DNA of 64,000 nucleotides, from assembly GCA_963782055.1 (NCBI GenBank), contig CAWAIF010000003.1:3520001-3584000 (forward strand), given 5' to 3'. Origin of the DNA: an uncultured delta proteobacterium (GTDB lineage Bacteria > Myxococcota_A > Polyangia > Polyangiales > Polyangiaceae). The position numbers and the translations under genes were made by a program. The notes beneath the pieces are model-generated. The model was not told where the DNA came from, searched no databases, and saw only the letters and a program-made list of their open reading frames with translations. The first letter of the stretch is position 1; every line of letters begins with the position of its first letter. Positions 1 to 10,073 of this stretch are shown in pieces.

Positions 1-613
1 ACGGCCCGCCGCCGACGCGCTCTGCCCACGTCTTCAGGGCGCGCGGGCCGTACTTCGCGCGGCGCATGCGCACGTACGTCCAGTCGGCGGTGGCCGGCAC
101 GTCGCCGGCGGGCGCCTCCTCGGTGTCGGTCACGCAGAGCGCCGCGCGGCCGTCGGACAGCGCCGCGCGCACGTCGTCGCCCTGCCACGAGGGGTGGACG
201 AGCTCCATCGCCACCTTGCGCCCCGGCGGCACGCCGGCCAGGAAGTCGCGCAGCAGCGGCACGTCCTTCTGCAGGAAGGGCGGCACCTGCACGAGCAGCG
301 GCCCGAGCCGGGGGCCCAGGGCGTCGAGCACCCCGAAGAGGCGCACGAGGGCCTCGGCCGCGTCGCGGAGCTGAAGGGAGTGCGTCACGTAGCGGTGCGC
401 CTTGACGGCGAAGCGGAAGTCGGGCGGCACCGCCGCCGCCCAGCCGGTGAGCACGCTCTCGGCGGGCGTCTTGTAGAAGGTGTTGTTCACCTCCACCGCC
501 GGCAGGCGGGATCCGTAGTGCGCGAGCATCTTCTTCGCGGGGAGCTTGGGCGGGTAGAAGCTGCCCTTCCACCCGGCGTAGCTGTAGCCGCTCGTGCCCA
601 CGCGCACGCGCAT
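1..613 (-). CDS. DUF72 family protein (runs off the left edge of the window)
   Basis: Manual translation from ATG at 613: MRVRVGTSGYSYAGWKGSFYP...VEVNNTFY...FRFAVKAHRYVTH...GPLLVQVPP, typical DUF72 motifs. Not in the ORF track. Confidence 0.85.
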   Translation of the reverse strand, partial: MRVRVGTSGYSYAGWKGSFYPPKLPAKKMLAHYGSRLPAVEVNNTFYKTPAESVLTGWAAAVPPDFRFAVKAHRYVTHSLQLRDAAEALVRLFGVLDALGPRLGPLLVQVPPFLQKDVPLLRDFLAGVPPGRKVAMELVHPSWQGDDVRAALSDGRAALCVTDTEEAPAGDVPATADWTYVRMRRAKYGPRALKTWAERVGGGP

Positions 614-639
614 CGCCGGCCCGCCTCGTCCGCGGGGCG

Positions 640-1380
640 TCACATGCCGCCGGCGGCCTTGTCGATCACCCAGTGGATGCTGCCGCGGATGTTGCGGATG
701 ACGCGCGCCGGCGTGTCGCGCAGCGTCCCCGACACCGACCACACCCGCTCCAGCGCGTCGGTCTTCTTTGCCCCGACGGCCAGCACGAAGGCCGCGCGCG
801 CCTGCTCGATGACGGGCGCGGTGACCGTCAGGCGCGGCTCGCGCCCGGGCGTCACGCCCACGGCGACAACGTGGCGATCGGTGATCTCCACGGTGGGCTG
901 CCCCGGGAAGAGGGAAGCGGTGTGGCCGTCGTCCCCGACGCCGAGCACCATCAGGTCGAACGCGGGCACGCCGCCCTGGCCCGAGCGTACGTGCGTCTTG
1001 AGGATCTGCTCGTAGTCGGTCGCCGCGCGCTCCAGATCCTTGTCCTCCGCGTGCATGCGAAAGACGCGCTCCGGGGCGATCTTGGCGGGGTCGAGGAGCA
1101 TCTCCTTGGCCCAGCGATAGTTGGAGTGATCGTCGTCCGGCGGCACCGCGCGCTCGTCCACCCAGAAGACCTGCACCGCCGACCAGTCCAGGTCCGGCTC
1201 CGCGGCGAGCTTGCGGTACGCCGCCTTGGGCGTCTCCCCGCCGGAGAGGGCGATGGAGGCCTTGCCGCTCTGCGTGATGGCGGTGCGGATCACCTTCGCC
1301 ATGCGGGAAGCGGCCTCGCGCGCCACGTCCTGGGGCGTGCTGACCGCGATGAGCATCCCCGGAACTACCTTCGTCGTCAT
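640..1380 (-). CDS. pgl: 6-phosphogluconolactonase
   Basis: ALSGGETP, FWVDERAVPPDDDHSNY and LGVGDDGHTASLFP motifs; downstream of zwf-opcA. Confidence 0.95.
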   Translation of the reverse strand: MTTKVVPGMLIAVSTPQDVAREAASRMAKVIRTAITQSGKASIALSGGETPKAAYRKLAAEPDLDWSAVQVFWVDERAVPPDDDHSNYRWAKEMLLDPAKIAPERVFRMHAEDKDLERAATDYEQILKTHVRSGQGGVPAFDLMVLGVGDDGHTASLFPGQPTVEITDRHVVAVGVTPGREPRLTVTAPVIEQARAAFVLAVGAKKTDALERVWSVSGTLRDTPARVIRNIRGSIHWVIDKAAGGM

Positions 1381-1399
1381 GCGCGTCTTCTCCGTTGCG

Positions 1400-2527
1400 T
1401 CAGGTGCACACTACACCGTCTTCGTCCAGCTGCTCGGCGAAGGCGACGGCCTCCGCCAGGGCCGGGTCGTGCGCGGGGCGGTGCAGCGTGCGCTCCAGCA
1501 CCCGCGCCTCGCGGTTCTGCCCCAGGCGGACGGTCTGCTCGCCGGCGCAGGGCAGGTCCACGTCCAGCCGCCAGTGCAGCACGTCGGTCGCGTCCCCGGG
1601 CTTGCGCTCCACCTGCGCGGTGGCGCGCGCGCCCTCGTGCGAGGCGGAGAGGCCCACCGCGACGAGCGCGAAGGGCGCGACGCCCTCCGGCCGGGGGGTG
1701 GCCCGCAGCTCCACCGCGACGAGCTTGCCGTTGGCGCCGCGGAAGCGCAGCGCTCCGCCCAGCCGCTCGATCTTCCACCCGAGCCGGGTGGCCAGCCAGC
1801 CCACCAGGAGCCCGGCCTCCGATCCGAGGCGGGAGCCCTTCTCCCCCGCCTGCGAGACCGTCAGCCGCTCGATCCTGAGCGCGAGGGGACGCATCATCGG
1901 GTCGTCGAAGAAGCGCGCACACATCTCCTGCCAGGGCGAGAGGCGCGTCCACGCCAGGTCCGCCACCGCGGGGCGCCCCGGGGCCTCGCGCGCCCACCGC
2001 GCCAGGGCGAGCAGGCTGGAGAGGGAGGTGTACTCGGTGTCCAGCACGACGCGACGCGCGTCGCTGGCCAGCTCGCGGAAGACGGGGTCCTCCACGTGGA
2101 CGCGGCCCAGCCAGATGAGGGTGGTGGGCAGCTCGGGCTGCAGCAGCGCGTCCACCGCGCTGCCCACGCGCGCGCACGCCGCACCGCTCGCGCGCAGGCG
2201 CACGCGCTCGGAGCAGAGGGCGCCCGCGCCGCCGTCCTCGCTCACGCCGCACACCGCGCTCACGTCGCCGTCCAGCACGGCCTCCGCCGCGGTCGGGTTC
2301 ATGGTGACCACGATCGCGCGGGAAGGGGTGGCCTGCGTCACCTCGTCGACGACGCGCGTGTAGCGGTCGGCCACCTCCGCCGAGCCGGTCACCACGACCA
2401 GGTTCATGGTGCACACCCGCGACTTGGTGGGCTCCCCCGCGGCGGGCGCCCCCCAGATGTCGCGCAGCTCGCGCTCGATGCGCGCGATGACCCAGCTCAT
2501 CGGCGGCGGGGGCGTCGAGGGCGCCAT
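1400..2527 (-). CDS. opcA: Glucose-6-phosphate dehydrogenase assembly protein OpcA
   Basis: IERELRDIW...RVCTMNLVV...CSERVRL...DLAWTRLSPW; directly after zwf. Start is ATG 2527 or GTG 2533, not the ORF-track start. Confidence 0.85.
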   Translation of the reverse strand: MAPSTPPPPMSWVIARIERELRDIWGAPAAGEPTKSRVCTMNLVVVTGSAEVADRYTRVVDEVTQATPSRAIVVTMNPTAAEAVLDGDVSAVCGVSEDGGAGALCSERVRLRASGAACARVGSAVDALLQPELPTTLIWLGRVHVEDPVFRELASDARRVVLDTEYTSLSSLLALARWAREAPGRPAVADLAWTRLSPWQEMCARFFDDPMMRPLALRIERLTVSQAGEKGSRLGSEAGLLVGWLATRLGWKIERLGGALRFRGANGKLVAVELRATPRPEGVAPFALVAVGLSASHEGARATAQVERKPGDATDVLHWRLDVDLPCAGEQTVRLGQNREARVLERTLHRPAHDPALAEAVAFAEQLDEDGVVCT

Positions 2528-2529
2528 GC

Positions 2530-4083
2530 TCACGGCTTCCTCCAGCGCCGCCCGTGCCTGGCGAGGAGCATGTCGGCGGCCTCCGGGCCCCACGAGCCGG
2601 AGGGGTATACCGGCGGCGGGACGTTGCCGGAGGCGTGCCACGCGTCGAAGACGTGATCCATGAACGCCCACTGCTCCTCGACCTCGTCGCGCCGCGTGAA
2701 GAGCGTGGCGTCGCCGCGCATGGCGTCGAGGAGCAGCCGCTCGTACGCCTCCGGCGTGTTGGAGCCGAAGGCGGCGCCGTAGCGGAAGTCCATCGCCACG
2801 TCGCGCAGGACGGTGTGTTGCCCCGGCTCCTTGGAGGTGAAGCGCACCGCGATGCCCTCGTCCGGCTGGATGCGCAGCGCCAGCACGTTCGGCTTGATGC
2901 CGCCGTCGGGGCTCTGGAACAGCGGGGTGGGCACGCCCTTGAACTCCACGGCGATCTCGGTGACCTTCCGCGCCATGCGCTTGCCCGCGCGCACGTAAAA
3001 CGGCACGCCGCCCCAGCGCCAGTTGTCGATCATGACCTCCATGGCGAGGTAGGTCTCCACGCACGAGTCGCGCGCCACGTCGGGCTCCTCGCGGTAGCCA
3101 GGGACCTCGTCGGCGCGGACGAAGCCGCGCCCGTACTGCCCGCGCACCACGTTCTCCGCGACCACGCGTCGCTCCATCGACCGCAGGGACCGGAGCACCT
3201 TCACCTTCTCGTCGCGCACGGCATCGGCGGACAGCGAGATGGGCGGCTCCATCGCCGTCAGGCAGAGCAGCTGCATGAGGTGGTTTTCCACGATGTCGCG
3301 CGTGACGCCCGTCTGCTCGTAGAACTTGCCGCGCCCCTCCACGCCGATCTCCTCGGCGACGGTGATCTGCACGTGATCGACGTGCTCGCGGCTCCAGAGC
3401 GGCTCGAACATGCTGTTGGCGAAGCGAAAGACGAGGAGGTTCTGGACGGTCTCCTTGCCCAGGTAGTGGTCGATGCGGAAGACCTGCGACTCGTGGAACA
3501 CCGCCGCGATGGTGTCGTTGAGCTCGCGCGCGCTCGGCAGGTCGTGGCCGAAGGGCTTCTCGAACACGACGCGCGTCCACGGCGCCGCGGGCTGGTGCGC
3601 CCCGTGCGGCGGGACCACCAGTTTGGCCTCCCGCAGCCCCTGGACGATGGCCTCGAACTGGGCGGGGGGCACCGCCAGGTAAAAGAGGCGGTTGCCGCGC
3701 GTGCCGCGCTCACGGTCGAGCTGCTCCAGGTGTACGCGCAGGTCCTCGTAGGTCTTGGGTGTGCCGAAGTCTCCTTCCACGTAGGAGATCCCCCGCTCGA
3801 AGTCGCCGAACACCGCCTCGTCGATCGGCTTGCGACGCGAGTACTTGCCCACTCCCTCGCGCATCTCCGCGCGGAACTGCTCGTGAGTCTTGGGCCGACG
3901 CGCCACCCCCACCACCGCGAAGTTCCCCGGGAGGGAGCGGCTCACCGCGAGGTTGTAGAGGGCGGGAACGAGCTTGCGGCGCGTCAGGTCGCCGGAGGCG
4001 CCGAAGATCACGATCGCGCCGGCGTCGCCGGTGCGCTCCCCCACGAGCCCCGCGCGCAGAGGGTTGGCCATGTCGCTGCTCAT
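2530..4083 (-). CDS. zwf: Glucose-6-phosphate 1-dehydrogenase
   Basis: IFGASGDLTRRKLVPALY, EKPFG, RIDHYLGKETVQN and WRWGGVPFYVRAGK motifs. Confidence 0.97.
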   Translation of the reverse strand: MSSDMANPLRAGLVGERTGDAGAIVIFGASGDLTRRKLVPALYNLAVSRSLPGNFAVVGVARRPKTHEQFRAEMREGVGKYSRRKPIDEAVFGDFERGISYVEGDFGTPKTYEDLRVHLEQLDRERGTRGNRLFYLAVPPAQFEAIVQGLREAKLVVPPHGAHQPAAPWTRVVFEKPFGHDLPSARELNDTIAAVFHESQVFRIDHYLGKETVQNLLVFRFANSMFEPLWSREHVDHVQITVAEEIGVEGRGKFYEQTGVTRDIVENHLMQLLCLTAMEPPISLSADAVRDEKVKVLRSLRSMERRVVAENVVRGQYGRGFVRADEVPGYREEPDVARDSCVETYLAMEVMIDNWRWGGVPFYVRAGKRMARKVTEIAVEFKGVPTPLFQSPDGGIKPNVLALRIQPDEGIAVRFTSKEPGQHTVLRDVAMDFRYGAAFGSNTPEAYERLLLDAMRGDATLFTRRDEVEEQWAFMDHVFDAWHASGNVPPPVYPSGSWGPEAADMLLARHGRRWRKP

Positions 4084-4200
4084 GGCCACCCTGCGTAACG
4101 CACGACCTCTTCCGTAGCAATGCTCCGCGCCTGCGGCATCGGTGGCCCAGGGGTTGCTAGCAGCCCGAGCATGCTTAGCTTGTCCTTCTAAAGGAAGCCA

Positions 4201-4461
4201 ATGCGTGAGACCACAACCAACCCTGCTCGCCTCCTCGGCGTCGTTCAGCTGCGCGTGGGCGCCCAGGTCTTTGCCGTACCGGTAGAGGCACTGGACTTCG
4301 CGAGTGACGGAACGAATCACCGGGGTGGTGGGTTCTTCGTCCGTGGTGACGAGATGGGAATCCTCGTGGACGGAACCGGCACGCCGGCGCAGATGCAGGA
4401 GCAGCTCGCCGAGGCATGCGCGGAAGCCGTTCGCCATCTCGCGGCGCGTCACCTCAACTGA
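4201..4461 (+). CDS. Hypothetical protein (86 aa)
   Basis: AAAGGAAG upstream of the ATG; divergent from zwf; plausible composition. Confidence 0.6.
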   Translation: MRETTTNPARLLGVVQLRVGAQVFAVPVEALDFASDGTNHRGGGFFVRGDEMGILVDGTGTPAQMQEQLAEACAEAVRHLAARHLN

Positions 4462-4584
4462 CGTCGCCGAAGCCCTTTGCGAGGCTTGGCCGTAACCTCA
4501 CTTAGCTGGAGACCCGTCGGGCTCCACGTGGTCGCCGAAATTTACAAACCCTCGTCCGGCGGTTTTCGCCAGGAGAATGCAGTC

Positions 4585-4890
4585 ATGTCCCAGTCATCCC
4601 AGAACGAGCTCTTCCAGGCTCAGGCCCCCACCGAAACCTCATCCTCCGTCAGCGAGCCCCCGCCCTCGGCCCCCAAGCCGAAGAAGCGCCGCGGCTTCGC
4701 GGCCATGGACCCTCAGCGCGTCAGCGAGATCGCCTCCAAGGGCGGCAAGGCGGCGCACGCCGCGGGTACCGCGCACGAGTTCACACGGGACGAAGCCCGC
4801 GAGGCCGGCCGCAAGGGTGGCTACGCCACGCACGCCAAGCGCAAGGAGCGCGTGGCCCCGGCAGAGTCCTCCACGACCCTGAAGGAGTAA
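4585..4890 (+). CDS. KGG-repeat general stress protein
   Basis: RGFAAMDPQRVSEIASKGGKAAH...FTRDEAREAGRKGG; AGGAG upstream. Confidence 0.9.
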   Translation: MSQSSQNELFQAQAPTETSSSVSEPPPSAPKPKKRRGFAAMDPQRVSEIASKGGKAAHAAGTAHEFTRDEAREAGRKGGYATHAKRKERVAPAESSTTLKE

Positions 4891-5004
4891 TTTGCCTTCG
4901 CAGGTGGCCTACGCCACCATGCCTCGACCGCACGAAGCGCTTCGCGCTCGGGCGCACGTGATGGTGCGCCCGGGCGTGGCAGTGCCGCGGTGGGTAGGTC
5001 GCGC

Positions 5005-5316
5005 ATGCCGCTCCCCCAGGTGGAGGTTCCCCATCCGCACGTCGAGGTGCGGGCCGACAGCCTCGACGGCAGCCCCCACGTGAGAGGCACGAAGGTGGTC
5101 GTGCGCCGTCTCTGGGCATGGCACAAGCGAGGCACGACCATCGAGACCTTGCTCAAGCGCTACCCGCAGCTGGGGCCGGCGCGCCTGCTGGATGCGCTCG
5201 CCTTCGCGTACGACAATGTGAGCCTGATCGAGGCGGACCTCGCCCGGGAGCGTGAGGCCATCGGCCGGGAGCCCCTGCCGCCGGACCCGAAGCAGACCAA
5301 GCTGCCGTTCGGGTAG
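5005..5316 (+). CDS. DUF433 domain protein
   Basis: HPHVEVRADSLDGSPHVRGTKVVV...IETLLKRYPQL...DALAFAY matches the DUF433 pattern. Confidence 0.85.
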   Translation: MPLPQVEVPHPHVEVRADSLDGSPHVRGTKVVVRRLWAWHKRGTTIETLLKRYPQLGPARLLDALAFAYDNVSLIEADLAREREAIGREPLPPDPKQTKLPFG

Positions 5317-5351
5317 ATCCTTCGCGCCCCGCGGACGTCTACCTCTGCGTC

Positions 5352-8300
5352 ATGCAGGGAAAGCGTCTGGGTATGCCCATCTGGGCGCTGGCAGCCGGCC
5401 TGGCTGTGGGCGGCAGCGTGGGCGGGGCTGTGGGCTGGCGTGCCGGAGCGCCGAGGGTCGCCTTCGCCGGCGCCTGGACGGGGCGTGTGGTGCAGATTGC
5501 GCACTCCGGGGCAGGGGAGGGCGTCGTCCAGATCGGGGGCGCCTCGCTCGCCAGGGGGCAGACCTTCGGGCCGGGCGCGGAGCTCCACACCGACGCGCGC
5601 ACCCGCGCGCGCCTGGAGATGAGCGACGGCTCGGTGCTGATCGTGGACCGGGCCACCCGGCTGCGCTTCGGGCCCAGGGCGGGCGCGCGCGACGCGCAGC
5701 TGGAGGACGGCGTGGTCATGGCGGACGTCGCGCACGTCGACGGGGCCGCCCCGGTCGTCTTCACGACGGCGCAGGGCGCGGTGAGGGTGGTCGGCACGCG
5801 GCTGGCGCTCACCGCGGTGGACGGCCGCACCGATGTGGAGGTGCTCCGAGGCCGCGTGGCGGTCTCGCGCGCCGGCGCCTCGCCCGTCGACGTCTCGGCG
5901 GGGCAGGAGGCCGTGGTGAGCGCGAGCGGCGTCGACATGGCCCCCGCCAACGATCTGGCGCAGCGCGTGGCGTTCGCGCAGGAGCTCGGGTTCGCGCCCG
6001 AGCACAACGACGACGCCGACCAGCCCGCCGGCGCGGTGGGGGAGCTGCTGGCGCGCCGCCCCGGCAAGACCGACGAGAAGGACCGCAAGCTCCGGCTGGA
6101 GAAGCACGCGGTGAAGGTGCGCATCGCCGGCGCGGTGGCGCGCACCGAGATCGACGAGACCTTCGCCAACGACACCGGCGACGTGCTGGAGGGCATCTAT
6201 CGCTTTCCGCTCCCGCCCGGCGCGCAGATCGAGCGCCTCGGCCTGGAGGTGAACGGCAAGCTGGAGGAGGGCGCCTTCGCCGACAAGTCACGCGCGGCCG
6301 CCATCTTCCGCGGCGCCGTCTTCCACGCCACGCCGCACGCGCCGAGGCCGCGCGAGGACATCGTGTGGGTGCCCGGGCCGTGGCGCGATCCCGCGCTGCT
6401 CGAGTGGAAGCGCGCCGGGCGCTTCGAGCTGAAGATCTTCCCCATCCCGAAGCACGGCACGCGCCGCGTGGTGATCGCCTACACCGAGACGGTGCCGCTC
6501 GCCGCGGGCCGGCGGCGCTTCGTGCTGCCGCTGCCCAGCGGGGGCGACGCCATCGGCACCTTCTCCGTCGACGCGCAGGTGGTCGGCCACGACGCCGACG
6601 CCGGCGTCAAGGTGCGCGGCTACGAGATGACGCAGGAGCACGCCGCCGGCGCGGAGAAGCTCCGGATGACGGCGAGCGCCTTCGTGCCCTCCGGCGATAT
6701 GACGATCGACTACGCGCTCCCCAACGCCCGCAGTGAGCTCACTGCCTGGGCGTACGAGCTCGCGCCGCCGCCGGCGGCCCCGAAGAAGGCCGCGCCGGCG
6801 AAGGCGACGCCCGCCAGGGCCGACGCCGACGCCGCCCCGGCGCTGGGCCCCGACCGCTTCCTGGCCCTGGCGCTGCGCCCGCAGCTCCCGGGCTGGATGG
6901 AGTCGCGCCCGCGCGACTATGTGCTGGTGGTCGACTCCGGACGCGCCATGTTCGGCGAGCGGGAGAAGCGCGCGTCGCGGCTCGCGGTGCAGGTCGCGCA
7001 GGAGATGGACCGCCGCGATCGCGTCACGGTCCTCGCGTGCGACACCACCTGCCGGCAGAACGCCGGCGGGTTCCTCGCCGCGGGCTCTCCCGCCGCCCAC
7101 GACATCGACGCCTTCCTCGCGAGCGTCACGCCGGACGGCGCGAGCGACCTGGTCGGCGCGGTCACGCAGGCCGCGCGCCTCGCCACCCGTCCGGACCGCG
7201 ACGTGCGCGTCGTCCTGCTCAGCGCCGGCGACGCCTCCGCAGGCTACAAGCGCGCCTCGCGCATCGCCGCGGAGGTCGCCGACGGCCTGGACGCGCGCGC
7301 GCAGGTCGTCGCGGTGCCGGTCGGGTCGGACGCCGACACCGTCACTCTCGGCGAGATCGCGCGGGGCGGCGGCGGCGTGGTGGTGCCCTACGCCCCCGGC
7401 GAGACGCTGGAGACCGCCGCGCTGGACGTGCTCTCCGCCACCTTCGGGCGGGCGCTGCGCGACGTGTCCATCACGCTGCCCTCCGGCCTCGCCGACGTCG
7501 CGCCGGCGCAGCCCCCCGCCATCCGCCCGGGCTCGGAGACCTTCGTCGTGGCGCGCATGCTCGAGCCGCAGGTGCGTGGCGACGTGGTCGTACGCGGCAC
7601 GCTGGGCGGCGAGCCCTTCGAGAAGCGCTACCCCGTCGACGTCACCGCGAGCCACGACGCGGGCAACGCCTTCGTCCCGCGGCTCTTCGCCGCCGCGCGC
7701 ATCGCCGACCTGACGCGCACCGCGGGGGACGACGCGAAGAAGGAGGCCACGACCCTCTCCACGCGCTTGGGCGTGCCCTCGCCGTACACCTCCCTCCTCG
7801 TGCTCGAGAGCGACGCGATGTACCACGCCTTCGGGATCACCCGCGGGGGCGTGGCGTCGGAGTGGACCGGCGAGCAAGCCGCGACCGCGTCGCTGGAGCT
7901 CACCGCCGCGGTGGACGAGACCACCTCCGACGCCGAGGAGGGCAAGGACGCCGACGACGACCTGAGCACCGGGCTCCTCGCCCGCGCGGAGGGCGCGGCG
8001 ACCGGGGCCGGTGGTGGGGGCGCGAGCATGGGCGACGCGATGCGCGGCTTCGACCGGGAGGAGCCGAGGAGCACCCAGGCCCACGCGCGTCCGATGTCCA
8101 AGGTCTCGAGCACCCCGCCGCCGGCGGCCGCCCCGACGGCGACGACCTCGGGCGCGCTCGCGCTGGAGGCGCCGCCCAGGGATCGGTGGCGGCGACCGCC
8201 CTTCGGCGGCGGGCGGTTGATGAAGCGCGTGTGGCACCGGGAGGGCAGCATCGCCGCGCCGGCCACGCCGGACGTCGCCCAGAAGATCGTCGCCGCGCGC

Positions 8301-9401
8301 GCGGCGGTCACCGCCAGCCCCGACGACCGCGCAAAATACCGCGAGCTCGCCCGGCTCCTGGCCACCACCGGCCAGCTCGACGAGCTCGGCGACGTCCTCA
8401 CGCAGTGGACGAAGCGCGACCCGCTCGACCCCGAGGCGACCGCCGCGAGGGCCGACCTGCTCGCCATGCGCGGCGATCGCGAAGCGGCGCTGCGCGTCGT
8501 GGGAGGCGCCGCCATCGCCGGCGACCCCGCGACGCTGGACCGCCTCGCCGAGGTCGCCGAGCGCGACGCCGTGCCGGACGTCGCCTGCGCCTTCCGCGTG
8601 GCGGCCGCCGAGAGCCGACCGGCCGACGTCACGCGCGTGGCGCGGGCGGTGCGGTGCGAGCGCGCGCGTGGACGCACGGGTGCAGCCCACCGCTGGCTGG
8701 ACGAGGCGGGCGCGCGCCGCGCCGCCATCGAGAAGGCGGTGGACCGGCAGGACGCCGCCCCCGCCCCGCGCGCGGCGTTCGGCGACCTGGTGGTGGACGC
8801 GACCTGGCGCGAGCCGGGCATCGACCTGGACCTGGCGGTGTTCGACCCGGCCGGCAAGCGTCTGGGCTGGCTCGGACTGGACAGGACGCGCGTCACCGAC
8901 CCCACCGCCATCGGTCACGAGCGCTTTGCGCTCTCCACCGGCAAGGCCGGCTCCTTCTTCGTGGAGGTCGCTCGCGCCAATGGCGGCACGGCGCCGGTGT
9001 CCGGCACGCTGACGATCTCCGCCTTCGGGACCCGGCGCGCGATCCCCTTCACCCTCACCGGCTCCTCGGCGACGGTGGCGCGCGTGGACGGCCGGTGGCG
9101 CTCCGAGCTGGTACCGCTCGACACCGAGCAGCTCCAGCCCTTCGACGGTCCGGGGGTCGGTGTCCGGCTGCGCGCGCTGCCCTTCGCCCGGTGCACGCGG
9201 CAGGAGGGACCGTTCGGCAGCGGTCGGCTCGCCGTGCGCTACGACCCGAGCGGCCGCGTCACCGCCGTGAGCCTCACCCAGGGGCTCTTCGCCGGGACGG
9301 CGGAGGGCCGATGCATCACGGGCCTCGCCCGCGGCGTGACGGTGGCGCCCTTCCGCGGGAGCTCCGCCTCCATCTCGGTGCCCTTCGTCATCGCTCCGTG
9401 A
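5352..9401 (+). CDS. Large exported protein with FecR-like, VIT, vWA and TPR-like domains
   Basis: FecR-like N-terminus (LEMSDGSVLIV...VRVVGTRL...VEVLRGRV); VIT (ARTEIDETFAN...LEGIYRFPLPPGA); vWA-like (YVLVVDSG...GGGVV); C-terminal helical repeats. Confidence 0.8.
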   Translation: MQGKRLGMPIWALAAGLAVGGSVGGAVGWRAGAPRVAFAGAWTGRVVQIAHSGAGEGVVQIGGASLARGQTFGPGAELHTDARTRARLEMSDGSVLIVDRATRLRFGPRAGARDAQLEDGVVMADVAHVDGAAPVVFTTAQGAVRVVGTRLALTAVDGRTDVEVLRGRVAVSRAGASPVDVSAGQEAVVSASGVDMAPANDLAQRVAFAQELGFAPEHNDDADQPAGAVGELLARRPGKTDEKDRKLRLEKHAVKVRIAGAVARTEIDETFANDTGDVLEGIYRFPLPPGAQIERLGLEVNGKLEEGAFADKSRAAAIFRGAVFHATPHAPRPREDIVWVPGPWRDPALLEWKRAGRFELKIFPIPKHGTRRVVIAYTETVPLAAGRRRFVLPLPSGGDAIGTFSVDAQVVGHDADAGVKVRGYEMTQEHAAGAEKLRMTASAFVPSGDMTIDYALPNARSELTAWAYELAPPPAAPKKAAPAKATPARADADAAPALGPDRFLALALRPQLPGWMESRPRDYVLVVDSGRAMFGEREKRASRLAVQVAQEMDRRDRVTVLACDTTCRQNAGGFLAAGSPAAHDIDAFLASVTPDGASDLVGAVTQAARLATRPDRDVRVVLLSAGDASAGYKRASRIAAEVADGLDARAQVVAVPVGSDADTVTLGEIARGGGGVVVPYAPGETLETAALDVLSATFGRALRDVSITLPSGLADVAPAQPPAIRPGSETFVVARMLEPQVRGDVVVRGTLGGEPFEKRYPVDVTASHDAGNAFVPRLFAAARIADLTRTAGDDAKKEATTLSTRLGVPSPYTSLLVLESDAMYHAFGITRGGVASEWTGEQAATASLELTAAVDETTSDAEEGKDADDDLSTGLLARAEGAATGAGGGGASMGDAMRGFDREEPRSTQAHARPMSKVSSTPPPAAAPTATTSGALALEAPPRDRWRRPPFGGGRLMKRVWHREGSIAAPATPDVAQKIVAARAAVTASPDDRAKYRELARLLATTGQLDELGDVLTQWTKRDPLDPEATAARADLLAMRGDREAALRVVGGAAIAGDPATLDRLAEVAERDAVPDVACAFRVAAAESRPADVTRVARAVRCERARGRTGAAHRWLDEAGARRAAIEKAVDRQDAAPAPRAAFGDLVVDATWREPGIDLDLAVFDPAGKRLGWLGLDRTRVTDPTAIGHERFALSTGKAGSFFVEVARANGGTAPVSGTLTISAFGTRRAIPFTLTGSSATVARVDGRWRSELVPLDTEQLQPFDGPGVGVRLRALPFARCTRQEGPFGSGRLAVRYDPSGRVTAVSLTQGLFAGTAEGRCITGLARGVTVAPFRGSSASISVPFVIAP

Positions 9402-9422
9402 CGGAGCGCGCGTGGCGCCTGG

Positions 9423-9845
9423 TCAGCCCTCGAGCGCCTTGGCGAGGGTCTCCATCGCGTCGATGACCTTCTGACGCTCGCTGCGGTTCACCCGGTCGAG
9501 CAGCGCGCCCAGCGACTGCCCGGTGCCGCCGGCGACGGCGTCCGCCGCGCGCTTGCCGCGAGGGGTGAGGCGCACGTCGGTCTGGCGGCCATCGTCGCTC
9601 GCCTTCTTGCGCGTGACGAGGCCCGCGTCCTCGAGGCCGGCCAGGTTGCGGCTGGCCGTCGAAGGATCGATGCCGAGGAGCTGCGCCAGCGAGGAGGTCG
9701 ACACCGCGCCTCGCTCGGCGATGAGCTGGAGCGTCTCGGCTTGCTGCGGCGTCACGTCGCCCGCACGGGCACGCTCGCGGCTGATGCGGCCAAGCCCTCG
9801 AGCGACGGTCTGAACAGCGCGAGCGAACCTTTCGTGGTCGGCCAT
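9423..9845 (-). CDS. MarR family transcriptional regulator
   Basis: VTPQQAETL...LAQLLGIDPSTASRNLAGLEDAGLV...DGRQTDVRLTPRG. Confidence 0.92.
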   Translation of the reverse strand: MADHERFARAVQTVARGLGRISRERARAGDVTPQQAETLQLIAERGAVSTSSLAQLLGIDPSTASRNLAGLEDAGLVTRKKASDDGRQTDVRLTPRGKRAADAVAGGTGQSLGALLDRVNRSERQKVIDAMETLAKALEG

Positions 9846-10073
9846 GGGGGGTCATGCATTCTACAAAGAACGGGTCGGCGTCAAGAGGGCGATGCAAGTG
9901 GGCGCCAACTTCGGGGAAACGGGAGGGCTCTCCGAGCACGTGCGGCGCGCGCGGGATCGCTCCCGGGCGTCGGGTCGACGAGTGACGTCGTGGCGCGCGA
10001 CCGGCTTGCCTTCGAGGCGATTCTCGTGCAAGGAGAGGTCGCCCGGCATGCGCCAGGGTCGGGAGGACGCTGC

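Noticed and set aside
1400..3580. Apparent 726-aa OpcA, and similar upstream extensions (31918, 38065, 21644, 46938, 55819 starts)
   Set aside because: The extensions overlap real neighbouring genes; the true starts are downstream at SD-supported or coupled codons.
5005..5316. DUF433 gene as half of a toxin-antitoxin pair
   Set aside because: No adjacent PIN/DUF5615-like toxin ORF is recognisable.
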